Both the position numbers and the translations under genes were made by a program. Shown here piece by piece: positions 28,801 to 40,924 of a stretch of 64,000 nt of DNA. Positions within the stretch are counted from its first letter, which is position 1. Each line of letters starts with the position of its first letter. The notes below the pieces were generated by a model that had not been told where the DNA came from, ran no database searches, and saw only the letters and a list, made by a program, of their open reading frames with translations. Origin of the DNA: Tubiluchus corallicola (Eukaryota > Animalia > Priapulida); NCBI GenBank assembly GCA_030141605.1, contig JAQGDQ010000069.1, forward strand, positions 129,126-193,125, given 5' to 3'.

Positions 28801-31800
28801 AACTAAATAACAAAACAATTATAATAATAATTTGTCACATACATTTTTCACTACAGGTGTCGTCGTATAGTCCTCAAATGGCATTTCAGCATTTGATTTT
28901 ACCTGAAAAAAATTCATAACTGTTTACGCTGTTTTCATGCACAGTAAATCATAACTTCGTTAATGTAATTTATTTCATTTTACATTGCACAAAAGATTTT
29001 TTACTTGACGACCTCCAATAAATAACGATTTTTTAACTATAATAAGATTTTTATGACCAATCTCTTCCTTAACGACGAACATCTGCCTTTGCGCTAAAAC
29101 TGCTTCCTTTTGTATTGCATAGTACGTTTCGCTGTAATTTACATTGTTTTAAACATATTCACTATGGGAAGCCATTACCGTTATTGAAACTTTGACGATA
29201 AACAGAAAAGTTTATTGCACAAAATTCCATCCGTGCAGTTGATGCATCCATTAGGTGTTATAACAATCATTTTCATTTTGGCTAGCAACATTTTATAAGC
29301 ACCTAGCTTGTACAGAACTAAAAATAGATGCGTGACACAAAAAATTAACATGTGGCTAAAACTGTGACAAAATATTTCACAGTAGTACAAGAAATGGCAA
29401 CAAAGTTACCAGAATTTTTATTAATAGTAGTAATAGTTTATTAATAGTTACTATCAATAGTATTTATACCACTGAATTTCCATTACTATAAAAAGTGCTT
29501 AAAATTGAAAAGTATAGGAAGATTCAAAAGAAACAAACAGAATTAACAAAAACTGGAGATAATCAATTTGGTGCTGCATCAGAGTTAGGAGTTACTATAC
29601 TACACCAAGTTTTTCGGCTTAACCAGAACACCACAATAGTTATGGCTATGGCCATGGTAGTGCACTACATCTAAAAAACCTACTATTTCATACACATGTG
29701 GCAGTAACAGATCACCAAAAAAATCTGTGGCTTCCCGTGGTAGTTGAGTAGGCATGTTATCGATTGAACACACTAGCACTCCAGGCCCAGAGAAGCTGAA
29801 ACATAAAAAAACATGCATGAAACACATTTTATACCAGACTTTAATGATTGTTGACAAAAAAATAATGTTTTTTTTCAAAAGCCACTGTCTAATTCTGCAG
29901 GTAATATATAGTATCTGGTAAAGTCTGCAACGACCTGTTTCTTGATGTCCAGTTTAGCCTGTTTCATCAGAAACAATAAAGCCCGCAGATGTCGTGTCTG
30001 TGGTAAAAAAACAACAGAAATTCCTCTGAAAATCCACTGCTTGTTCTAATATATTTGCGTGGGTAGTAATGATTAAGATGCCTTTTAGCCACTCCTAACT
30101 GTCAGTCGCTGATTTTATTCACACCATTTGCTAACGGTAGCAGTGGATTCATATGCGAAATGGATACATTACGAGTGCGACAAAGTGTGCTTAATTCTTG
30201 CTAGCATAAAAATTAAGCCTGAGTCTGCCAATATCGTGTTACTGTTCCAAAATCCTGGCCTGGTTCGGACTTATGGATCACCCAAGGTCAGTGCAAACCG
30301 CTGCATTGCAAGCACCTAGCGGTCTAGTATTGAAAACATACCAAAACTTTGCTTACTTTTCAGTGCTCTTGTTCTCATCGGCATCATACAGACAAAACGG
30401 TTTCTCTATAGTAGTGCACTCATTCATAAATTCTATAGAACCAACAGGATCTGCTGATATATCACAGATTGCTAACAATCTAAAAAAGAAAACAAACAAT
30501 AAAACTCTGTTTAAATAGATTCCTGCATCTATTTAATGCCTTTACTCTCCATTTACTAAACTAAATAAAGTAAAGCATTTAAAAGTGATAGCTGGTGATT
30601 AAAATCAATCATGACCAAAAGCTTGATTATATTTAAGCTTTTTAAAAGTTTTCATACTAGTGTGTTTAAAATCTAGGTTTACCTTCAGCCTTTTTGGTTA
30701 AATATTGGACACAAAAAAACAAAGGAAGTCTGTACAGTTAATCTGCTTAACTAAAAACGGAAGGGTGAATGGAAGATTAAATGTTATAAAACAGTAACAA
30801 AAACTTCAACATTAATATAGAGCAAACGATAAACAATAAGCAACTGCAGTAGCTACCAGTAATAATAACTTGTTTTTTTAGTTACAACAAATTTTGTACG
30901 CAGACGTATAACAGCCGTCAGCAGTATGGTAGATCAAATTGTTCTGAAACAATTTTTCATACAGTCACCCTTCCAGTTTCTGACTGCTTCACCATTGTTT
31001 AACACACAACACAGACATTCAGTTCTTTTATGATTTTGCATAACACTGATACTTTATTATGCATTGGTAACACAAAAAAAGGAAATACTGCTACTACTAA
31101 TTATTAAAATATCAATATAAAAAGTTTCGAAGTACAGTTAAAACAATAATAATTTACATTACCTATGAGGAAGATGAGGAGTTCCCATGCTTGTCGGTAA
31201 CCATGGTTGCCTGCTTGGTTGTAAGAGATTCTTAGCATCGGGGATGTACAGCAAACGTGGTGCATTCGGAGCATAATAAATACCATTAATTATCACAGAT
31301 GCATGTGGAGCTATCTGAAAACATTCAGTTCAAATACAATAAAACTCAATTAAATGCATCTACAAGATGAATTTTATCAACTTTAAAAATGAAAAATACA
31401 AATAGTTCCACACCACCAAAGATAAACTTGTCAGGTACACAAAAATGTACAAGTAAGCAAATATACAAAAAGTAAGTCAAAAAAGTAAGTATACAAATAT
31501 ACATAGAGTCACATAGCATCAGCCAGGCATGATGATATGTGAACTAATAACAGCTAGGCGGGTAAGTCAATTATTCGTAATGACCCCTAGAAAAACATAA
31601 TGGAGTTTGTGCCCTTATGAGCACAAAATGATTGTGCATAGATCCCTTATCTGCTTAAAAATTTCTAGTTGTTAACCAGTTCTCAGTTTATTACAAATTC
31701 AGACACTACAAGATGAAGTGCAGCTAGTTTTTTAATGAACTAGGTAAGTATATGAATAGCTACCGTCCTACTGAAGTTAGAGTAGTACATGTCGGGATGT

Positions 31801-34800
31801 GCTTCGAATTCGTCGCTGTTAAATGGCCCGCCCTCTTTTCGAATAAGATGGTCTTCTCGACTGACAACGCAGGCGTACAACTTTTTGCGAGCTGCAAACA
31901 AGACAATAAAATGCCTAAGTAAATTAATGTCAGGAGGATAATGTTTCTATATGACCAACAACTCTGGACATAATAATTATTGATTATACAAATTAAAGAG
32001 TTGAGCCACAAAATACTTTTTGCTCAATTCGATATACATAATAATTTTTGCCTACAGAAATCCAAAGTTAAAACTCAGGAATCGTAAAGGTGTACTTACA
32101 CCCATGTTGAGCAACTTTTGGTAAGTTTCTTGGTTCCACATATTCATATGGCAGTTCTTGGAACATCTCCTGTGCTCCCTAATAAAAACAGGACTCCATC
32201 ATTTCTACGTATAAGCCTATTTCGATAATTGGATTGTTTCGTTATTTAGAAACCAAAATCATCTACGGTTGTAATTTAACAAATAGAAAAATAACAAGTG
32301 TGGTTACACAGAAATTTTACGATTCTACATTGAATGTTCACTTAGACTGCGTGCGTACTGATGATTATCAATAAAATAAGTCCTTAAACAAACTATTTTA
32401 TAATTATTACAAGTTTAATTGCAGCAGTGTGGGAGTAAAACAGAAAGACAGAGAGGGTTTGTTCAACCTTTACTGCAAAGAATGAAATTTTAACTATTAT
32501 AAATAATAATTTACAATACTAATGATGTGCAGGTAGACCCCATGTTATGACAACAAATGTAATTCTTCCTAATACCTGGCAGTTAACCATAACCGGGCAA
32601 TTGCATAAATGGCAAAGTACACCTGTTATTGAAAAACTTCTAACTCATACAAGTAGCTATGATATGAAAAAGCCTGGTCTAACTATAAGAAAACAGCTAA
32701 AATCTGCAAAAAATAAGCAGTTTTATTTTTGTGTGCTGCAAAAACACTTTAAACAATAATGTGAAGTAATTGTCGAACTGCATGCATAAGTGACAAAAAT
32801 CTGATTAGTTCTTACCTGTGAAACGTTACCTGTTCCTGTAAAGATAAATGTCAGAGGACCGATTGATTTAGGCATCAGGCCGAGAGAAATCTCATAACCA
32901 GCATCTCGGATGGCTGCACGTGCCATTGCACTGCTACGATAATTATGTGCTAACCCAATGTGCTGAAAATGATTTTCGTAAATTAAAACAAATATACCAC
33001 TGATTTACAGGTTTTTATTGTTTTAATAGTAAAAAAATGAAGTTAATTAAAATATTAATGTTTGTAGCCAAAAAATTGCAACAAAGCAGTAAATTGACCA
33101 ATATGTGAACCTGCAGCCTTCAACTTGAACCATGTCCTTGTAGTCTTCCACAAATCACATAATTTCTTATTTACAGTATTTGTTCTTCACAAACAGACTA
33201 GGACTTAGGCCAGAAATGGACAATTTTTTCCTAGCAATGTCTTATTTGGTTCATAAACCAACAACAGCCAAAAAATACCCTGGAAGATTTACAGAAAAGG
33301 CAGAACAAAGTGACTGAGTTTTTCGAAAACCTCGTGGCAAACTATACAAGACGTGTGCCATGTGCGCTTACCCAAAGAGGCAAATTTGCAGATGCAATAC
33401 AAACAATTGCAATTGTTAGGCAATTGACAGTTTATAACTTTTGATATTTTATAATGTGAAACTGTGAATAAACATTCATGAATTGTGTGGAAATCAAGTG
33501 TCAAAAGGACATATTTTTAGCATTTTAGAGCTTCTTACATTATTAATAGAATTCATTAGCTTGGCAATAACAAATATTTTAATGTATTCTGACGTATATT
33601 GCATTGCATTTACATTTGCCGCTCCACTTCTTAATTTTAAACGTGACAATATACTATCCTGTGCCACAAATAGTCAGCAGTTTAGAAAATAGATAAGAGC
33701 ATGTTCACTGAATCTTCATCTTTGGCTTCACATTTACAAACAACAGCTCACCAGAAATGGGGTATGGTGTCCAAGTGCAAGAAGACGAAGACCTAGTCCA
33801 TGTAAGATGTCGATCATTCCAGCAACTCCGGCGTATTTCCCGAATGCGACGACACGCTGACCTTTATCATTCACCATCTTCTCATAGTCTATTAGTCGAA
33901 TGTTCTGTAATTCAGCAAAAAATTGACTCTGTTTCAATAGTTTATTTTTATATTGAATAATACAATATAAAAATAATAAAAAGAAAACTGCGTAGAAAAC
34001 TGGCAAAGTCTATATTTGAACTGCAGCCTGGAAGCAACTGTTGTGTTATTACCTCAGCCAATATGGCATCTAGCAACTGCATGTTAGCCTCCTGAGCCTT
34101 GATGGTGTGTGAGAAGAAAGCATAGGTTTTGTTGGGCATAAGCATTTCAATCGGCACAGATTTCACGCCCATTATGACGGGGCACTCTGAGAGATCTTCT
34201 TGCATGATGGCACCCGCATCAGCATACATCTAGAAAAATGTTTTTTTAGAAAAATGTTAACGTTTTTCACTAAAACTCATGTAATTGTATTATCATAAAA
34301 TAAACAAACATTAATAAAGCATATAATTATGTACTGACCTCTTGTGGATATGCCCTTCGATTGGACGGTTGCACAAATACTTGTACACCATTCCGTACAA
34401 GCTTACGCACATGGTGCGGTGCTAGTGGTGCACGACGTTCCCAGGGATTGATCGTTTCTCGTCGAATTCCCAATACTCCTGCCTATAACAAAACATTCAC
34501 GATACAACAGTCAACGTTGAAATCACATAAAAAGCTACTTTACTACATAATACATAATACTACATAATAAATAGCGCACACTTCAATTTGGCCTTCCTTT
34601 AACTCATTACATAATTTACAATTTGCCAACGACTTAAAAAAGCAAAACAATTACGGAACTTATAAATATCACAATGAAATTTAAGAAGCTGATTGTTTGA
34701 CAAAAGGAAAGCAATACTGTGGTTTACAGAAAGTAAAGTGACTAGAAAAAAAATAAAAGCAATGTGGTTAGCTACTATTTTAGATAAAAATTATGGCTAA

Positions 34801-35269
34801 AAGTCAACACATAAATGTGCGATCGTTATAAGCATAATAAAAACGCTGACTTTACACAAATGGCTAGACGTGATCAGTTCGTCAGTTAGTTCAGCAAAGT
34901 CAACATTTTCTACGCCAGATTAAATATAAACAAATTTATCCAAAGGACAAATGGCTAGACGTGATCAGTTTATCAGTTAGTTCAGCAAAGTCAACTGCAG
35001 TGGCTCGATTCGGCAAATTAGAGGTTCGTAACTTCACTACAATATTACACCAATAACAGCCGTGAAATGCACATTTAAAAGCAAATCTTGACTGTCATTT
35101 TCAGCCAAGCACAGGCTAATATTCCAACCAAAAATTATATACTAATAATAAGAATGTGGCAAACCTTCGCAGTTAATGCTGGTGATGTACTGAAGCATTT
35201 TATTGTTTGATTAGTCCAGTATATACTCCATGCTGTCTGACTTGTCTGCCGGAGACGACACTTCCACAT
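19820..35269 (-). CDS. AASS: Alpha-aminoadipic semialdehyde synthase (lysine-ketoglutarate reductase / saccharopine dehydrogenase), mitochondrial, about 22 coding exons
   Basis: Approximate exons, 5' to 3' on the minus strand: 35269-35165 (MWKCRLRQ...[11 protein letters not shown], transit-peptide-like), 34482-34339 ([18 protein letters not shown]), 34229-34053, 33905-33753, 32962-32816, 32178-32100, 31891-31764, 31314-31163, 30479-30357 ([10 protein letters not shown]), 29795-29685 ([18 protein letters not shown]), 28902-28843, 27204-27134, 26083-25962 ([10 protein letters not shown]), 25632-25503, 24927-24816, 24605-24421 ([18 protein letters not shown]), 22659-22504, 22394-22225 (RGTLRY), 21503-21387, 21185-21098, 20480-20303 ([10 protein letters not shown]), 19947-19820. 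Confidence 0.97.
34857..34995. repeat. Direct repeat pair of about 48 bp in an AASS intron
   Basis: CAAATGGCTAGACGTGATCAGTT(CG/TA)TCAGTTAGTTCAGCAAAGTCAAC at about 34857-34904 and 34948-34995. Confidence 0.85.
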
Positions 35270-38199
35270 TGCAAACACCAAGCTGTGTTAGCTGTGGTAA
35301 CTAATGTCTGCTTGGTTTTGCAACAGTCCTGTCCCACGAGTGAGCCAATAGGTGTCCCAGCAAACAACTTTTAAGCTCCTTCACTTCCGCTTGCAATAAA
35401 GTCCAAATCTTATTTGTTGATGCACGAAGATTTTCAAAAGGTTGTCCTCTTAGTCTTGTTATTCCACTAGATAAGAAAATTAGCAGGATTTTGCAAAATC
35501 CTTAAGATCTCATATGCTCTTTGAAGAACCAATAAATGACAACTTGTAATATGATTATAATTTAATATCACTTTGGAAATGATAAATGCAAATGCCTCGT
35601 TTCTAGTTATGATTCAAAGCACAGATCCTTCAAAATTTTTCTACTTTATTTTTAATGCATGAAGACTAAACTGGTTGTTGCCACAACTCTGTAACATGGA
35701 TAGGTGAATGAATGTGTCCATTTGCTTGACCAAGATTCAAATTTCACTTAAGGTTACTGTCCAATGGTTGAAATTGGTTATTTCCTAAAACGAAAAATAA
35801 GATTAAATTATAAATGTGCTTCGCTTAAGAATCACACTTTTCATTTTTGCAGAGTTTTAAATTATCTCTGGTTGTATATATGCAAAATTTTACTAGGACA
35901 CAATCTTAGATACAAGTAAGAAGGTAAACAAAACTGTTCACTGCCATTTATTACAGCACGTATGCTAACTACACTATATAGATAGTGCCGCAATTTACGC
36001 GAACATCAAATTAATAAGGTGCAACAGAACTCGTGCTCATAGGTGTTGATGTAGCACACTAATCAGTCATGATTAAATATTTATGTCTGAGTCACAATGC
36101 TATCACTACTTTATTAAAACTTCCTGTATGGCGTACACAATCATACATACAGCTAGTCTACATGACTAGGCCTTCTGCAACAATTTTCCTATGCAGTTCA
36201 AAGGTATTAATAATTTATTATGCAAATTAAACTAACTCACTAGAATGTATCATTTTTCCATACACAGAGCTAGCATTAACTATATATTTGCTAGAGCTAC
36301 TACACAATCTTGGATTAGAACTTTTGCACAGTCACATACCACAAATTCACATTAAAGTGCCTTTTTTATATTTTACCTTCTTGCAGTAATATTAATTCAT
36401 TCTACTCAAAACATCAGATCCACATTATGCTTACATAGTCTAATCTTTCTTCACAAAAATGTGAGCAAAATTTTAAACAGAAAACTTCAACTGTGCAAAC
36501 TCTGCATTAACTACAAGTCCTCGTAATTTATCAAGAAAATTCAAAGGTTCTTATTGACTTGTGTAGTTAAGCTAACATGCTGTGAATTATAGCCATTTTG
36601 CCGGCAAAAATATCTAGGACACTCGCTCAAGCATGGCCACCAGTTCATTGTACAGATGGATTTTTGACTTGTAGAATGAATGCAGCTTTTGCAAATGGTT
36701 AACTAACAACTTTATCAATTGCTTTTACACCAATTGCTTCCAGGTACTGTTCATATACATAACAGAAGTTAAAAGTTAACGTACTTTTTTAAAGTTACAA
36801 TAAGATACCCATAACATAACTAAAAATTTTGTATATAAGCAGTTTGCTAACTTGTTAAATTGCAAACAACAATGTTATCATTATTAAAATTAAAGTTTTT
36901 TATGCACGAAAACACTAAATTAAACAAAATAATGGAACTTGACAAGTCACTTAGATCGTATAAATGGCAACAAATTCGTCAATTAACAAAATATTCATGA
37001 TCAATTGGCGATTAAGAGGTTTTACAGTACGCATTAGAGCACATTAATCTAAATTTATACACTAACAGCTGCAATACAATGCTCATGGAAAATCAGCATA
37101 CTTACATGCAAGCCCATGGCTTCATTACAAAACACAAATCAATAAAGGTTAGTGTGAAATCAGCAGCAGTTGACTTTTAAAACACTTTGATGTCTACTAA
37201 TTAGAAATCCTTCTCCCGACCAAGGTGACCTACAAAATGGACTGGCCAGCAGCATGTAGTATCAGTAAACAACAATTGTAAAAGTTTGAACAGTCAGCAG
37301 TTTCACAGGGCCAACAAACATGTAAACAACCACAGTCCATCATGCTTGCTATTTGAGCAATGCTACAACCAGCCTATAAGTAAACGTTCAGAAGCTCGAA
37401 AACTGAGATATCGGATTCTCAGTATACGTAGTACAGGAGCGGTGACGGTGAGTAATTCCTCATTCAGTCGAACAGTCAGTCAACATGATAATCGGCTAAG
37501 CAAAATACCAAACAAATTTATTGTCAAGCACCATCATTGCATAAAAGTTAGCTAAAATAAGATAAACATTTATTTTACATCTGTGACAACAAATATGAAA
37601 ACTAATGATTCCTGATGCTGGATTTAAACCAAATGTCTTTCAGGTTCATTTTCCATTACTTACATAGCTGTTTATGCTTGACAAACATGTGAGAACATTT
37701 GTTAGCATGGCTTCTAAGCTTTTACTCGTGTGTACAAATGTAACTAAAGATACAATGTGCAAAATAGTAAGCTTATTATACAGTTAAATATCTTCACACT
37801 TAGGCTTAGACTAGACATACAAGTCTTTAAAGTTCTACAATTCTCGGGTTGAACAAGACATCATCTACTTTTAGTTTTAAATTTATCACTGCTTGATTAA
37901 TTAATTATGTGTATAATTTTTGCAACAAAATAACCAAGTAAAGGTGATTTCTTGAATCACTGTATTAATAATAATATCTTAATATCTCACTATCTTAATC
38001 ATAATACATTTTCATCAGAACACCAGTTATAAACAAATTTCAAGCTAAATACCTGAAGCCAGCATTGCACAAACTTGTGCCAGATCATTCTGTCCTGAAA
38101 CCCCAAACCTACAAAGCTGACTAACTTTACTTGACCCAAATTAACTGGCTTCCTACACAGCAAATGTTTGTATTGATACCATGCCAAAGTTTTCAACTG

Positions 38200-38581
38200 T
38201 GCGCTTTCCCATATAACATTCCTGCGTCTTCTAGGATTTGGATGGGTGCCAATGCCACTTCAATACTTTCGCTGCCAAGCTAAGAGCTCTGGCAGTAAGC
38301 CAAGAGAGACATCTGCCGAAATTCCATTCACAAAGTTTACATTAATATAAGTTTACATTAACTAGTTTTGCTGTAAACTGTAACTGTGAATTTTTTTTCA
38401 ATGTCATACGTTGCTAATTCTTTTAAATTGTAGCCGCCTAATCTTCATTGTGATTGGTTGTATGGTTTTTTATCTTTTTTAACTTTGTTGTAAAAACCAC
38501 TGAGATCTTCAGATAGAGTGCGTTTTTAAGAATAAACTATTACTATTATTATTATTATTATTATTATCATTATTACTATTA
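38200..38581 (+). mobile_element. Degenerate L2-type LINE 3' end
   Basis: The terminus TGTAAAAACCACTGAGATC...GTGCGTTTTTAAGAATAAAC followed by (TAT)n resembles the L2 3' stem-loop plus tail. The upstream coding remnant is too decayed to read confidently. Confidence 0.45.
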
Positions 38582-40924
38582 CATCAAAAACCTGCATAAT
38601 AGGACCTTATCCTGTTAAAGCCTGCAAACATAGATTTTCCTGTGTCTTGTACTAAACCTGTGTACAATAAAGAATGTGACATGTATATGTAATTTTTTAA
38701 TGGTTTAAATAAACATCTAGCAAATATCTCAATAAAAATATTGGAAAATCTGTAGTAAACTTCTCGTTTAATGACAACTTTTATTTATGTGCCCATGACA
38801 AAAACATTTTTATGGAAAGATAAAAAGTTGTTTCTTCACATTCTTTCTTCACACTTGTTCTAAAAATGTTACTGTTCAAAAAATTAAGGCCAAGTTTGAA
38901 GAAGTAATAGTTATCAAGCTAGATTGCATTATGCGCAATCCAATTCTTTTCAGTATAACTAATAAGCAGTAGACCACAGCTGCGTATTTCTGGCACTTAC
39001 AATTCAATCTGTAAGCTTTTGTTCAGATTCAAACAGGAGAGATCAATGGCTGAAATGTATACCATAAACATGCTCTATTACATGCTATTACACATATAGA
39101 ACTGATGTTACTTAAAGGAGTGTCATCTGTCAAGTGTTTCACTCTGGTTTCAGACTGTTAGTCAAGTATGTTAAGCTAAGTTAATACAAGCAATAGTGCC
39201 AGTTTAACAGGATGGCATTAAAGGTACTGGTGATAATGTACAATAAAACTAATAATACACAGTGATTTAAAGGCTTTGTTTAAACGGCAACAATTTTCCA
39301 TTTTTCTTTATGTAAACTGGTGTGGGAACATTTATTTTCTTGGCATAAATTAGATCATACTGACCTGTTCTTTCTCTAAAAAAACTGTTCCATAGAGTTC
39401 TCATATTACAAGAAAAAATGGAAAGCTTTCATGTTGCTTTCTTTCTATAATAAATTACCATTCACATAAACACTTTTGGTAGTTTATTATAAACTTGCCA
39501 CCCAAGATAACATAAATTTGGTATGTATAGTAAAATATCAGAGCTGTCAAATATCCCAAAATTTCTGGCAGTAATATATGTCACAGTCACTTAATTCCTG
39601 TCCCCACAGACAGTGATTCAACAGTTTCTCACAATGTGCAAACAAATCACCAATTTTTTACAGAATTTGGATTCTTTGGCACCCATATGATGCTATGATA
39701 ACTGCTAGCTTATTGCCATCATTTCGGGTACACTAAGCAATGACTATGTAGACTGTTCGAGTTTTACTGATCTCTAATAGATGCGTTTGACATTTCATCA
39801 GTGTTCAAAAATTTTTTGCTGTTGCTGTTGTCTTGCGGCATGATGTGGCGTGGTTTTTTAATATTGTGATGTTACAATAGAGCATTGAATGACTTAAAGG
39901 AACCAACAGCATGTTACTTACGTTTGTATCTTACAAATACATCCAAGCAAAACGTGTATGTACACGTGCTTGCACATGTGTGGCGAGTAACTCAAAGCTT
40001 TGTATTACAGATTAGTTTTTAAAAATTGAGGTCAGATTGCATTTTTTGCTTTGCCATAACCTAGTACTAGCTACTTCAGTTAACCGAAGGTAATCAGAAT
40101 TGAAATTTATACACCTTAATAAGTACTCAGAAGTTTTAAGAATGTAAGAACTTACAAAATTGACCAATTATAACTGGCTCTGCTCACATCAGTCTGCCCC
40201 AGCTACAATTTTACATTTTACTTAACCAGGCAAAAATTTCTGGGCTTTCTTACCAAAATAAAGTTTGATCAGAAGAACAAAAACTACCTGCAAATGCCTG
40301 GTTACACAAAGGGCACCTTAGTTACACCTGTAGCACATAATGTAGGCAGAGTGTGATTTTACTGTATGGAATTTGTCTACCAGTTTTCAGGATTCAGAAC
40401 CAAGGTCACGAAAGTCAGTAAATGCATCAATCATCAGGTATTCATCAAATATTCCAAAACAATTAAAGCAGAGGTATGACACTTACACTTGACTATGGCA
40501 ATCACTTAGTCACTTACCCAACCTGCTATTCAGTATTTGGTAGACCATTGACACGATGACCAATTCATCATTAAATATGCCCTAATAAATATGATTTGGT
40601 GAATTTCAACTGCACAGTTTAATGAAAACAAATAACCGTTTAACATTGCTATAAGAACACGCGTTGATCAAAATGCCAACCGGCTTAAAGCTTTGATACA
40701 TCTATAACTTCCAGATAAATTTTAGAATTTAATTCATCATGACAACGTTATTATATGTATTGATCGAACTGTGAAGCTTTTTACCTTTATTACGTTAAGA
40801 GATTTCAACGGCAGTTCTCACGAGTAACATAAATAATCGTCAAATTCTTCCGTTCAAGTTTAACACGCCACGCTAATTTTGTTGGCAAGTTGCCAAACTT
40901 AAAACATGTTGCGCGCGAACAAGT

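Noticed and set aside
29930-30050. [13 protein letters not shown] resembling a piggyBac cysteine-rich tail
   Set aside because: Too short, the second CxxC is missing, and no TTAA-bounded termini were found.
34860-34900. Hammerhead core (CTGACGA on the minus strand) or C/D snoRNA
   Set aside because: There is no stem II followed by GAAA, no box C with a terminal stem, and the motif is altered in the second copy.
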